A stretch of DNA of 64,000 bases. It comes from Promethearchaeota archaeon (GTDB lineage: Archaea; Asgardarchaeota; Lokiarchaeia; Sigyniarchaeales; SOKP01). The translations under genes and the position numbers were made by a program. The stretch's first letter is position 1. Each line of letters begins with the position of its first letter. Location of the stretch: NCBI GenBank assembly GCA_048939995.1, contig JBHLOY010000003.1, positions 96,001-160,000 of the forward strand. The letters run 5' to 3'. The notes beneath the pieces are model-generated. The model had not been told where the DNA came from. It made no database searches and saw only the letters and a program-made list of their open reading frames with translations. Shown here piece after piece: positions 30,721 to 40,423 of this stretch.

Positions 30721-30869
30721 GGCGGGATTACCGAGATTACTCAAGAGCTTCTCTTACATCGGGAATCTGGTCAATGGTCGCGTCTAAAAATGGGTCAAGA
30801 CCGATTATAGGTGCTGGACTTAAGATCCAGTGGCAAAGGCCTTCGGGAGTTCAAATCTCCCTCCCGCCA
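30721..30869 (+). tRNA. tRNA-Leu(UAA) with two non-canonical D-arm introns (30736-30765 and 30775-30808)
   Basis: Acceptor stem GGCGGGA/TCCCGCC-A, anticodon arm CTGGA-CTTAAGA-TCCAG, long variable arm and T-arm GGGAG-TTCAAAT-CTCCC. Removing the two inserts gives an 85-nt cloverleaf. Confidence 0.9.
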
Positions 30870-30995
30870 TTATTTTCCAATTTTTATTAAAAGACAAGTA
30901 TTTAAAAGGAAATATTAAGTAAAAATAAATAAATAATGACATGATATTAAATTTATAATATAAGAAATAATTACATTAATAACGAGGTTTTTAAT

Positions 30996-31373
30996 TTGCC
31001 AGTTGGGATTCTTATTATTCGATGGGATAATGAAATTGGACCAATAAATGAAGGTTTTTATCCGGAAAATTTGAAAATAACTAATAATCTCCTCACACAA
31101 GTCTACTCATCACATAGATATCAGAGTTTAAAACCGGGATTTGCAAGTATCGCTCTTAAAAATAATAAGGTTGTTTCTTTTTTTTCAGGAGTTGGTACAG
31201 ATCATATTAGTGTTGAAAATTATGTTGTTGCACTCTTACTCAGAAGAGATGAGAAACCCAACAAATACCGGGAAATTTTGAAAACTATAGCTGCTGAAAT
31301 CCTAGATAAAATACCTGATGGGAAATTCAAAAAAGTTTTACCTGACTTGTATAAAGATTTAGCTAAAATATAA
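30996..31373 (+). CDS. Stand-alone uDENN/longin-like protein
   Basis: ILIIRWDNEIGP...YP N-terminal motif and a longin-like beta/alpha pattern. TTG start after GAGG. Confidence 0.6.
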   Translation: MPVGILIIRWDNEIGPINEGFYPENLKITNNLLTQVYSSHRYQSLKPGFASIALKNNKVVSFFSGVGTDHISVENYVVALLLRRDEKPNKYREILKTIAAEILDKIPDGKFKKVLPDLYKDLAKI

Positions 31374-31382
31374 AATAAAATA

Positions 31383-32420
31383 TTAACTTATTTGAGCTTT
31401 TTTTAATGAAATCTTTCCATTTTCATCTAATTCAATAAGGTCTACGTCCTTTAGCTTTTGCACTAACTTTCTAACTAGTACAATTGGAGAACCAAGGGCA
31501 TTTCTTAGATCTTCTATACTCATAGAACCAACTTTTTCAATTATTAAAAAGGATTTGAACTGAGCTTCCTGCTCCATTAAATCAGTGAGTTTATCGAAAT
31601 AAACTATCTTTTTCATATTTTCATTTTTAAATGTATCAACTTCGTCAACTCTTTCTTGTAATTGCCTAATTAATGTTTCTGCATTTCTCTTTTCATCGCG
31701 TAATTGTTCTACTTTATTAATTAGTTCTTCATATTTTTGGTGAATCTCTTCAAATCGAGATTTTACATCTTTTGCTTCAGAGGTCGCTTCTGTTGATACT
31801 AACTTAAAATCTAAAAGAAACTTATCCAATTCTGCAATTTTTGTTGTTAATTCTTTTTTTTCTTCGAAATGCTCTTTTTTCAATTTTTCTATCTCATTCT
31901 TCCACTTTTGATCCATATCAGACAAAAGTTTTACTTGTTCATCTTGTAATTTATCTGCAAAAGCTTGAATTTCTTGAACCATATTTTCAAGGTTTTTAAC
32001 TGTTTCATCTTTTAATATTAATTCAGAACTCTTCTCTGCTAATTCGGCCTTTAGATTTCCTATTCTTTCAAAAGCTTCTTCTAGTTTTCTATGAGTAGGT
32101 ATATTTTGCTTTTTAGAAAAATCTAATTCTCTCTGGGCTTCTAAAGCTGTACCTTTTGCTAATTCTAATTCCCTTTCTTTCTCATTTATTATAGCCCTCT
32201 GAGTTCCAATTAATTCTTTTAATTCTAAAACATCATCTGGAATATCATACATTTTAGAAATCTTTGCTTTTTGATCTTCTATTAAATTATCTTGATCAAT
32301 GATAACTCTCTTTTGCTTTTCAACTAGCTCAGTCAATCTATCAATTTTTGATTGTAAGGATGCAATTTCTTTCTCGCTCGATTCGATTTCATCTATCATA
32401 TTTCTCAAATCTTTAGGCAT
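31383..32420 (-). CDS. Long coiled-coil protein with C-terminal winged helix
   Basis: About 280 aa of E/K-rich heptads, then MSIEDLRNALG..LVQKL...DLIE. Confidence 0.7.
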   Translation of the reverse strand: MPKDLRNMIDEIESSEKEIASLQSKIDRLTELVEKQKRVIIDQDNLIEDQKAKISKMYDIPDDVLELKELIGTQRAIINEKERELELAKGTALEAQRELDFSKKQNIPTHRKLEEAFERIGNLKAELAEKSSELILKDETVKNLENMVQEIQAFADKLQDEQVKLLSDMDQKWKNEIEKLKKEHFEEKKELTTKIAELDKFLLDFKLVSTEATSEAKDVKSRFEEIHQKYEELINKVEQLRDEKRNAETLIRQLQERVDEVDTFKNENMKKIVYFDKLTDLMEQEAQFKSFLIIEKVGSMSIEDLRNALGSPIVLVRKLVQKLKDVDLIELDENGKISLKKAQIS

Positions 32421-32565
32421 TGTAGGTTAACTCTCTAAAATTATATGTAAAATTAGTAGTTAATATATATAAACTGAATTAATTTATTTTAATTAATAAA
32501 GATAAATAATATTAATAGAGAGATAATAGATTTAATTTATATATTTATCGAATTAACAAATCAAA

Positions 32566-33159
32566 ATTAGCCGAGAGGTAAAAAAAATTATAGCTTATTA
32601 CTTTAAGTCTGATCAAATAAATGCCTTTATCCTTATTTCTTATAGGTATCTAAAAGATAAAAATAAAATACTACTGGAGGAATTAAATCTATTCAAAAAT
32701 GAAAAGGATATAGCTGAATATATAAATTCAAAGGCTCTTGAAAAAAGGTCCCAAACTAATACTAATGAACATCTAATTATTTCCCAACTAGAGAAACTCA
32801 TTAAAACATATTTAAAAGGGCAAAAAATTAACTTATTTGAAGAAATAACTAAATTGAATGTAGAATTGAATATTAAGGATAAATTTAAGAGTAATTTCTC
32901 CCAAAGAGTTGTAGATGCTCTTCTCAAGGTTAAACCTGGAGCCATAACAACATACTCTGATCTTGGAAAAACAATTCAATCTAAAGCATTTCGAGCAATA
33001 GGGAATGTTTGCAAATCAAATCCAATACCCCTAATAATCCCTTGTCATCGTGTCTTAAGAAAGGATGGAGAAATTGGAGGTTTTATGGGAAAGACTGATA
33101 AAACCTGGGAAACTAATATTAAAAGAACCTTATTAAGAATAGAAGGACATCAAGTATAG
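32566..33159 (+). CDS. ogt: Methylated-DNA--protein-cysteine methyltransferase
   Basis: TTYSDL, RAIG and IPCHRV active site. The frame is open from 32557, so the start codon is uncertain. Confidence 0.9.
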   Translation: MSREVKKIIAYYFKSDQINAFILISYRYLKDKNKILLEELNLFKNEKDIAEYINSKALEKRSQTNTNEHLIISQLEKLIKTYLKGQKINLFEEITKLNVELNIKDKFKSNFSQRVVDALLKVKPGAITTYSDLGKTIQSKAFRAIGNVCKSNPIPLIIPCHRVLRKDGEIGGFMGKTDKTWETNIKRTLLRIEGHQV

Positions 33160-33215
33160 AGATATTTTTTAATTAAACGAAATTAATATATTGTTTACAC
33201 CTTTTATTTAATATT

Positions 33216-34412
33216 ATGGTAAATATATCTCCTATTAAGCCCTACGTTCCAGTAAATCCAGAAACTTTTTGTACTAATCCATACGATGTAATTGATAAAG
33301 AGGAAGCACAAGAATTAAAAAAAATTCCTAATTCCTTGATTCATCTAATTCTACCAGATGGAGAGGGTGATGAGGCTTATCAAAATGCTCTCAGAGCCTA
33401 TAATTACTTTAAAGAAAAATATATTATTAAAAAGGAAAAAGCTCCAAGCATTTTTGTTTACCGTCAAGAATCTCCACAATTTAGCCATCAAGGCTTAATT
33501 ATAGGAGTTTCTCTTCAAGATTATGAAAATGGAAATATATTAATCCATGAGTATACCAGAGAAAAAGCATTGAAAGATAGAACAAGTCATATTGTCACAA
33601 CAAACGTAGCTGCTGGCTTAGTTTGGACAGTATTTCAAGCTAATAAAAAAATAAATGCTTTAATTGAGCAAATAAAACAAAAAAAACCAAGATTCCAATT
33701 TATGAAATATGGGTATGTTCATAAATTATGGCAAGAAACTGATCCCATTTTAATCCAAAGATTAAAGGATCTTTTTCATCATGAAAAAATATATATTGCA
33801 GATGGACATCATCGAGCAGCAAGTGCTGCAAATTATCGCAAGATTCAGCTTCAAGAAGGAAAAGAAATCAAAGAAGCACCTTGGCAGTATTTATTATCAT
33901 ATGTCGCTTCTGATGATCAAATCCATATATTGCCCTATAATCGAGTGATTAGAAGTTTATCCTTTAATGAAAATGAGTTCTTAAAGAAAATAGAACCAGA
34001 ATTTAAATTAAAACAAGTAGAAAAAGCATTTCAACCACAGAAAAAAAATGAAATTGCTCTATGTTTAAAGGGTAAATGGTATAAACTTAAAGTTAAACAT
34101 AAAGACTTTAAAACTAAAAGAGACTCATTAGATGTAAGTATACTTCAAGATAAGATCTTAGAACCAATACTAGGAATTATTAATCCACGCACAGATGAGA
34201 ATATTTTTTTTGTAGGTGGAACACAAGAACTTCGAGAAATGGAAAATTATACTACAGAAAATGGAAATGATCTATTTATAAGCCTATATCCGGTTGATAT
34301 AAAAGATTTAGAAGCAATAGCAGATGAGGGAGGGATAATGCCTCCAAAATCCACTTGGTTTGATCCCAAACTTCTCTCAGGATTAGTTATGCATGAATTG
34401 AAAGAAAATTAA
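33216..34412 (+). CDS. DUF1015-family protein (ParB/Srx-like fold)
   Basis: PYDVI, HEYT, YIADGHHRAA and MPPKSTWFDPKL motifs. Confidence 0.92.
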   Translation: MVNISPIKPYVPVNPETFCTNPYDVIDKEEAQELKKIPNSLIHLILPDGEGDEAYQNALRAYNYFKEKYIIKKEKAPSIFVYRQESPQFSHQGLIIGVSLQDYENGNILIHEYTREKALKDRTSHIVTTNVAAGLVWTVFQANKKINALIEQIKQKKPRFQFMKYGYVHKLWQETDPILIQRLKDLFHHEKIYIADGHHRAASAANYRKIQLQEGKEIKEAPWQYLLSYVASDDQIHILPYNRVIRSLSFNENEFLKKIEPEFKLKQVEKAFQPQKKNEIALCLKGKWYKLKVKHKDFKTKRDSLDVSILQDKILEPILGIINPRTDENIFFVGGTQELREMENYTTENGNDLFISLYPVDIKDLEAIADEGGIMPPKSTWFDPKLLSGLVMHELKEN

Positions 34413-34419
34413 AAAAATA

Positions 34420-35361
34420 TTATTTCTTTTTTAGGAAACTTGACATCTTTTCTGCTATTAGAGTTGCAGCATCGATCTGGTTTTCAATAGTTTGACTCGC
34501 AATGTGAGGTGTTAGTATTAAATTATCATTACAAGCAATTAATTCTTGATCCTTTAGCGGCTCTTCACGAAAGACATCAAGTGCTGCCCCACCAATATCT
34601 TTATTTTTTAGTGCCTGAATTAAAGCTTTTTCGTCAATTAAGGTTCCTCTCGCTGTGTTAACTATTATAGCGTCTTTTCTCATAAGTTTTATTCTCTTTT
34701 CATTAATTATATTTTCTGTTTGAGGCGTAATAGGTAAATGTAGTGAAACTATTTGAGCATCTTTTAATAAATCTTCGATTGATGGGTATATTGAGCAACC
34801 TACAGCTTTAGCTTCATCGATAGCAGATTGCCCTTTACTAAATCTGGAATAAACACCCACCTTCATTCCTAATGCAATTGCGTCTTTTGCCAATTCTTTA
34901 GCTATATTTCCAAATCCTATCAATCCAAGTTTCTTACCTTTTAAGGTATATCCTAAATATTGACTCTTATTCCACTTTCCTTGATGAGTAGTATGATCTG
35001 CATCAGAAATATGTCTTGCTAAAGTCAGCATCAATCCAAGTGAAAGTTCTGCTACTGACACAGCGGGTGCTTCCGGTGTATTTAAAACCTCTATCCCTAG
35101 ATCTTTTGCTTTTTTTAAGTCAATATTATCTAATCCAGCTCCAGCTCTCCCAATAACCTTTAAATTTGTTGCTTTTTCTAACACATCTGCAGTCAATTTT
35201 GTTCTTGACCGAACTACAATTGCCTCATAATTATTTATTTCATTTTTAAGTTCATCCTTTGTTATAGTGAATTTCTTAAATACTTCAAATCCATTTTTTT
35301 GGAAAATTTCTATTCCATCATCCTGAAATTCATCACTAATTAAAACTTTCATAACTATCAT
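34420..35361 (-). CDS. serA: D-3-phosphoglycerate dehydrogenase (short form)
   Basis: VRSRT, GRAGAGLDNID, SVAEL, GFGNI, NTARG and TPHIA motifs. Co-oriented with a class V aminotransferase. Confidence 0.8.
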   Translation of the reverse strand: MIVMKVLISDEFQDDGIEIFQKNGFEVFKKFTITKDELKNEINNYEAIVVRSRTKLTADVLEKATNLKVIGRAGAGLDNIDLKKAKDLGIEVLNTPEAPAVSVAELSLGLMLTLARHISDADHTTHQGKWNKSQYLGYTLKGKKLGLIGFGNIAKELAKDAIALGMKVGVYSRFSKGQSAIDEAKAVGCSIYPSIEDLLKDAQIVSLHLPITPQTENIINEKRIKLMRKDAIIVNTARGTLIDEKALIQALKNKDIGGAALDVFREEPLKDQELIACNDNLILTPHIASQTIENQIDAATLIAEKMSSFLKKK

Positions 35362-35484
35362 TAGATTAATTTTTCATGAATAAGTTAATTAATAAAATTA
35401 TCTTTAAAGATTTTTGTTTAACTTTTTCTCATTTTTAATGAGAATTAAAACATAAGCAAAAATAAAAAAAAGAATTAAAATAAA

Positions 35485-36609
35485 TTATTTATCTAATCTT
35501 AATTTTGTGATAATTTCCGTTAGAACTTTTAACATATCTTCAAGTTCTTTCACAGTAATTTCACCCATATGTCCAATCCTAAAGGTTTTGCCTTTTAATG
35601 AACCGTATCCATCTACGATTCGATATCCCTCATTTAAAAGCATAGACACCATTATACTAGTGTCAATATTCAAATTATTTTTCATAGTAGAAACGGTATT
35701 GGAACAAAATTCTTCCCTTATAGGAAACATTTCCAAATTCATATCACGAGCCCACATTCTTGTTCGTTTACCTAACTGTGAATGCCTTTCAAATCGGTTT
35801 TCTAGGCCTTCTTTATTTAATATATAATCTAGTTGCGAGACTAAACCTCTAATCTGTGGTATTGGTGGGGTATTTGGGGTTTGATTGGATTTATTACTTT
35901 TTAACATCACTTCAAAATCAAAATAATAGCCTCTATTCGTGACTTTAGAGGTTTTTTCGATTGCATCTTCCGAAATTGAAAGAACTGCGATTCCAGGAGG
36001 TAAGGCAAAACATTTCTGTACTGATGCCAAACAAATATCAATACCTAGTTTATCAACTTCAACTTTAACCCCCGCCATTGATGATGTAGCATCCACACAA
36101 ACCAAAGCTCCAAAATCCTTAAGAACTGGGATAACTTCATCAAGAGGGTTATAAATTCCAGTAGATGTTTCACAAGCTTGAATAAAAACTGTAGAATATT
36201 TCTCTCTATCCATAATTTCTTGCACAAATTCAGGAGTTATTGCCTCTCCCCACTCAACTCCTTCTTTGAAAGCATTTTTTCCATTTGAAACTCCAATCTG
36301 ATACCATCTGTCACCAAATGCTCCTATTGACAAGAATAATGCTCTTTCATCATTATTTAGCAAGTTTCTAACACATGCTTCCATAACCCCGGTGGCGCTT
36401 GAAGTAGAGATCAAACATTCATTTTTTGTGTATAAAATTTTTTTCAAATTTTCTATTGCCTTTTGATGCATATCAAAATAAGGTTGAGATCTATGGGTAT
36501 CATTAGGTTTTGCCATTTCTTTTAGTATTCTATCTGGGACATAAACGGGACCTGGAGTAAATAATTTTAATTGTGAACCTTTTTCTTTGTTAAAATGAAT
36601 TTCGGGCAT
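35485..36609 (-). CDS. Class V PLP aminotransferase (SerC/AGT-like)
   Basis: FTPGP, ETSTG, VDATSS, SVQKCFALPPG and FRIGHMG motifs. Confidence 0.9.
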   Translation of the reverse strand: MPEIHFNKEKGSQLKLFTPGPVYVPDRILKEMAKPNDTHRSQPYFDMHQKAIENLKKILYTKNECLISTSSATGVMEACVRNLLNNDERALFLSIGAFGDRWYQIGVSNGKNAFKEGVEWGEAITPEFVQEIMDREKYSTVFIQACETSTGIYNPLDEVIPVLKDFGALVCVDATSSMAGVKVEVDKLGIDICLASVQKCFALPPGIAVLSISEDAIEKTSKVTNRGYYFDFEVMLKSNKSNQTPNTPPIPQIRGLVSQLDYILNKEGLENRFERHSQLGKRTRMWARDMNLEMFPIREEFCSNTVSTMKNNLNIDTSIMVSMLLNEGYRIVDGYGSLKGKTFRIGHMGEITVKELEDMLKVLTEIITKLRLDK

Positions 36610-36661
36610 AATGGCTTTATATTTTAGATTAGTTAAAAATTTTTAGTTGAATAAAAAAAGT

Positions 36662-37342
36662 TTACTTTTTAGCTAATTTATTTAGTTCTATTTTTCGGTT
36701 GATATCATATTCGGTATAATCACCCAACATAAAGAAAAAATATTTAACGTTTCGAAATCTTAAAGGTAAATTATATTCACTCAAATACATAATTGCCCGA
36801 AAAATAGCATTAAATAGTAAAACGCCAGGAATTGCTACTATATGGAACAGAAAAAATTGTTCTGCGGAAGCAAACGCCATAAATACAAGGATAATTGTAA
36901 TTCCTCCAATTATAATATTCATTAGGCGATATTTGAGTAGATATTCCTTTATAATTATACCTTTTATTATTCCAGCTATTCCAATAAGTAATGTAGGAAA
37001 AGTTGAGAGATAAATTACTTCAGTTAAGCCTACATTAGGGTACGAAAAGATGATATACAGCATGTAGAAACTGAAAATGGTGAAACTTATTCCAAATATA
37101 ACGTGTAATACATTTAAGGCTTTTTCTCTGAGTTTTTTGAATAAACCTTTAATAATCTTATATATTCCAAAAAAGAATAAGGTAACTAATGGATACACAA
37201 TTATTGACATTAGAGCAACTAATTTTAAAAATAGAGCTAATATTAAGAAAGTAATTAGAAGTATAATAGAGATAACATTATCCGCACGTATTTTTTGCTT
37301 TAACATTACATTTTCAATAATATAACTCATAGAATAACTCAC
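36662..37342 (-). CDS. Hypothetical membrane protein (DUF308/HdeD-like)
   Basis: Six TM segments with a repeated G...I..G pattern. Confidence 0.6.
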   Translation of the reverse strand: MSYSMSYIIENVMLKQKIRADNVISIILLITFLILALFLKLVALMSIIVYPLVTLFFFGIYKIIKGLFKKLREKALNVLHVIFGISFTIFSFYMLYIIFSYPNVGLTEVIYLSTFPTLLIGIAGIIKGIIIKEYLLKYRLMNIIIGGITIILVFMAFASAEQFFLFHIVAIPGVLLFNAIFRAIMYLSEYNLPLRFRNVKYFFFMLGDYTEYDINRKIELNKLAKK

Positions 37343-37439
37343 CTAAATAAAACAATAATTTTGAAAACTTATTAAATTATTTAGTGAAGCAATTCTTAAA
37401 AATTCGATACTAATAATGCAATGATAATGCCTAAAAACT

Positions 37440-38375
37440 TTATAGAAATAGTATAATATAATTTCCTAAAATAATTAATATTACAGCTACTAGAAATCGC
37501 TTTCGAAATTTTTCCTTCAAGAAGATAATAGAAAAAATTTGTTGAACCATCGGAGTATTTGCAGTAATCGTTGAGGTTAAAACTAAGCCATTTATCTCAG
37601 CGGCTTTAATAAATACAGCATCGGCTAAACCCAAAGATAAAATTCCTGCAATTCCTATGAATATAAAATATCTTAGGTCTTTTCGATTTTCCTTTTTAAA
37701 TCCATCATAATACTCTTTCTGAAAAGCTCCTAGTATTGCTACGGTACCAAAACCAAATCCAACCCTAAAGAAGTTAGAAACGAATATATCACCAGTCAAT
37801 ACTCTTGCTTGGTTGAACGTGACATAAGCTACTGCCCAAAAAAATGCTGTACCAATTGATAATAATACGCCTAAAATTAAATCTTCAGAGATTTTTTCTT
37901 TTAAACTTCTCTTTACTTTTACCTTTTCATCTTTATCTTTTGAGCTCAATATAAACACACTTGAAAGTATTAATAACCCCCCAATAAGTATTGAAAGAGT
38001 TATTTCTTCTGAAAATAATAGAAAAGAAAATGGATATACAAATATTAGTGATAGCTGGGTGAGAGGATAAGCTCGAGAGGCATCTATTCTCTTTAAAGAC
38101 ATATAATAAAATAAGTCTCCAATCGTTACACTTAAACCGGAAATTAAACATATCATTAAAAAAACTAGGATTTCTATATAACCCATATCTTTAAGAAATG
38201 AATAGCTCCCAAAAATTATTGAGATTAAAAATGTACTCAAACATACGCAGCAAAGCCTAAAGAACAGATTAGCTTTTGGTTGAGTTTTTCCAAGACCCCA
38301 TTTGTAAACCAAAGATGCTATAGCCCATGTAAATAGTGCATCTAAAGCTAAAATATAACCAATTATTTCAGCCAT
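37440..38375 (-). CDS. DMT/EamA-family transporter
   Basis: Duplicated 5-TM halves, with SLKRIDASRAYP and LKEK motifs. Confidence 0.9.
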   Translation of the reverse strand: MAEIIGYILALDALFTWAIASLVYKWGLGKTQPKANLFFRLCCVCLSTFLISIIFGSYSFLKDMGYIEILVFLMICLISGLSVTIGDLFYYMSLKRIDASRAYPLTQLSLIFVYPFSFLLFSEEITLSILIGGLLILSSVFILSSKDKDEKVKVKRSLKEKISEDLILGVLLSIGTAFFWAVAYVTFNQARVLTGDIFVSNFFRVGFGFGTVAILGAFQKEYYDGFKKENRKDLRYFIFIGIAGILSLGLADAVFIKAAEINGLVLTSTITANTPMVQQIFSIIFLKEKFRKRFLVAVILIILGNYIILFL

Positions 38376-38403
38376 TTTCTTTAAAATATTTTCTTTTAAA
38401 TAA

Positions 38404-39033
38404 TTATGAAATTAATCTAGTAGTTTTAAGCAATAAATAAATCGAAATACTTACAACCCATATTCCAATTGTAATAGTCATAATCCATTCAATAACAGGT
38501 ATCCAAGTTACTAAAAATAAGATAATAACAAGAATAGTAATAAATCCCAAATAAGAAAGAAATCTGTGGAAATGGTTGTTATTTAGAAATAAAATACTAT
38601 ATAAAAACAAGTAAGTAATTGCGGTAATCATGCAAATCAGAAAAATAATTCCATGCAAATAATAGTATAGTGTGTTAAATATTAAAGAGGGAAACAACCC
38701 GATTAAAGAAAAAAAAACACATGAAATTAATGCTGAAGTAATAGCTGCTTTTTTAAGATTAAATTTAGTATGGTCTACTCCTAATGTCCGATTTATATGC
38801 ATATAGAGAGGAATAGCTAAAAATCCTGATGAAAATACTCCCAAGTTGAAAAATATTGCTCCAGGAGAATACTCACCTCCTAACCAACTTATCATGCAGT
38901 TGAAATCAAAACCAGTAAATAATATAGAAGCGAGATATATTCCTGAAAAATAGACAATTACAGATATTAAGCCAAATAATGGTCCAAACACTTTAATCAT
39001 AAATTTATTATGGTATATATTTAAACGCCACAT
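38404..39033 (-). CDS. DUF998-family membrane protein
   Basis: ISWLG..FFN, LIGLFP...LHG and IEW motifs. Confidence 0.75.
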   Translation of the reverse strand: MWRLNIYHNKFMIKVFGPLFGLISVIVYFSGIYLASILFTGFDFNCMISWLGGEYSPGAIFFNLGVFSSGFLAIPLYMHINRTLGVDHTKFNLKKAAITSALISCVFFSLIGLFPSLIFNTLYYYLHGIIFLICMITAITYLFLYSILFLNNNHFHRFLSYLGFITILVIILFLVTWIPVIEWIMTITIGIWVVSISIYLLLKTTRLIS

Positions 39034-39045
39034 TTTTCAATCATC

Positions 39046-40230
39046 TTATGTTTCTGTATTTATTCTTAAGACAAGTTCTCTTGATGGAATCTGATTAAAT
39101 AAAAACATGTTAATGATCTCTTCTTTAAATTTGTCATTTTCTTCTGCTAATTTTAACATTTGCGAAAAATGTCTACCTTTGTTCTTAAAAAAGAAATCTA
39201 CCATTAAAGCTTTCATTTTAAAAACTCTAATAATTTTTTTTATATTTGAAAAGGAATGGTATTGTTTTAACATCTCTTTTGAAATCTCTTCCTTTTCTAA
39301 AGCACTAATCGCTGCTTTTGCAGCAAAATTTGATGACACTATGCTTGGATAAATTCCTTCTCCGCTAATGGGAGATACAAATCCTGCAGCATCACCAACG
39401 ATCATAATATTATCACCAAACAAGCAATTAGCCTTTACACCTATCGCTGGTAAAGGATATGCTGCTTCCCAAACTTTCTTATATGTTTGTATATTTTTTG
39501 ACAATAAATTTACTATAAAAGGGTCCTTGATAAAATTATTATATATAAGATTGACATTATAGTTTTTATTTTCCTCTTGCCATGTTCCACATCCAATATT
39601 AAATCTTTTATTATCTAAAGGAAATATCCAAGCATATCCCTTATATGGTCTAAAAAAGAAAGACATATATTCAGTTTCTAAATTATTTTTTCCTTCGAAA
39701 ATTCCACATTTGCATATACCAATTTCATCAATTTGCCATTTTTGGCGTAAATATGACTTAATAGCTAATCTTGAGCCTACTCCGTCGGCAATTATAATTA
39801 CTTTTCCTAAAAATTCTTTAGTTCCCGTTGTACTTTTTGTTTTTACTCCAGCTTTCTTATTATTTTTAATAAGAAAGTCAAAAGAAAAGTTTTTATCGAA
39901 TAATTCAGCACCAGCATCAACAGCAATATCTCTTATTAAATTATCAAATTGTAGCCGATCTACATTTATTGAATAATCTTTAAAATTATTCCATGAATAT
40001 TTCAATATCTTATAATCCGCAGAGTATAAATTCATCCCAGTAATCTGCAGATATTTTTGTTTCCGTAATTGAGGAAAATATTTAAAAACTCTAGAACTGA
40101 CAGCACCTCCACAAGGTTTACGCCAGGTGCAATCCCTCTCTATCAAAGCAACTTTAAATCCAGCTTTTGCAATAATTTCAGCACATTTAGATCCAGAAGG
40201 ACCAGCTCCAGAGACGATTACATCATACAT
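39046..40230 (-). CDS. Geranylgeranyl reductase-family flavoprotein
   Basis: GAGPSGS, KPCGG, ADG, GYAWIFP and VGDAAGFVSPISGEGI motifs. Start is likely at MYDVIV. Confidence 0.9.
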   Translation of the reverse strand: MYDVIVSGAGPSGSKCAEIIAKAGFKVALIERDCTWRKPCGGAVSSRVFKYFPQLRKQKYLQITGMNLYSADYKILKYSWNNFKDYSINVDRLQFDNLIRDIAVDAGAELFDKNFSFDFLIKNNKKAGVKTKSTTGTKEFLGKVIIIADGVGSRLAIKSYLRQKWQIDEIGICKCGIFEGKNNLETEYMSFFFRPYKGYAWIFPLDNKRFNIGCGTWQEENKNYNVNLIYNNFIKDPFIVNLLSKNIQTYKKVWEAAYPLPAIGVKANCLFGDNIMIVGDAAGFVSPISGEGIYPSIVSSNFAAKAAISALEKEEISKEMLKQYHSFSNIKKIIRVFKMKALMVDFFFKNKGRHFSQMLKLAEENDKFKEEIINMFLFNQIPSRELVLRINTET

Positions 40231-40423
40231 AGTATGTACTTTTTTTAATAAAGTGAGAAATACATTTATAATTTCAATTTTTATTTTCAAAATAAGTTTT
40301 TGGTATTAATCAATAATATCCACTTATGTCACTTATAATTCTATAAACAACTTTTAACTATAAGTAAAAAATTTATTAAAAATTACAAAAAAATTATTAA
40401 AATAATAGTAATTTAAAACAATT

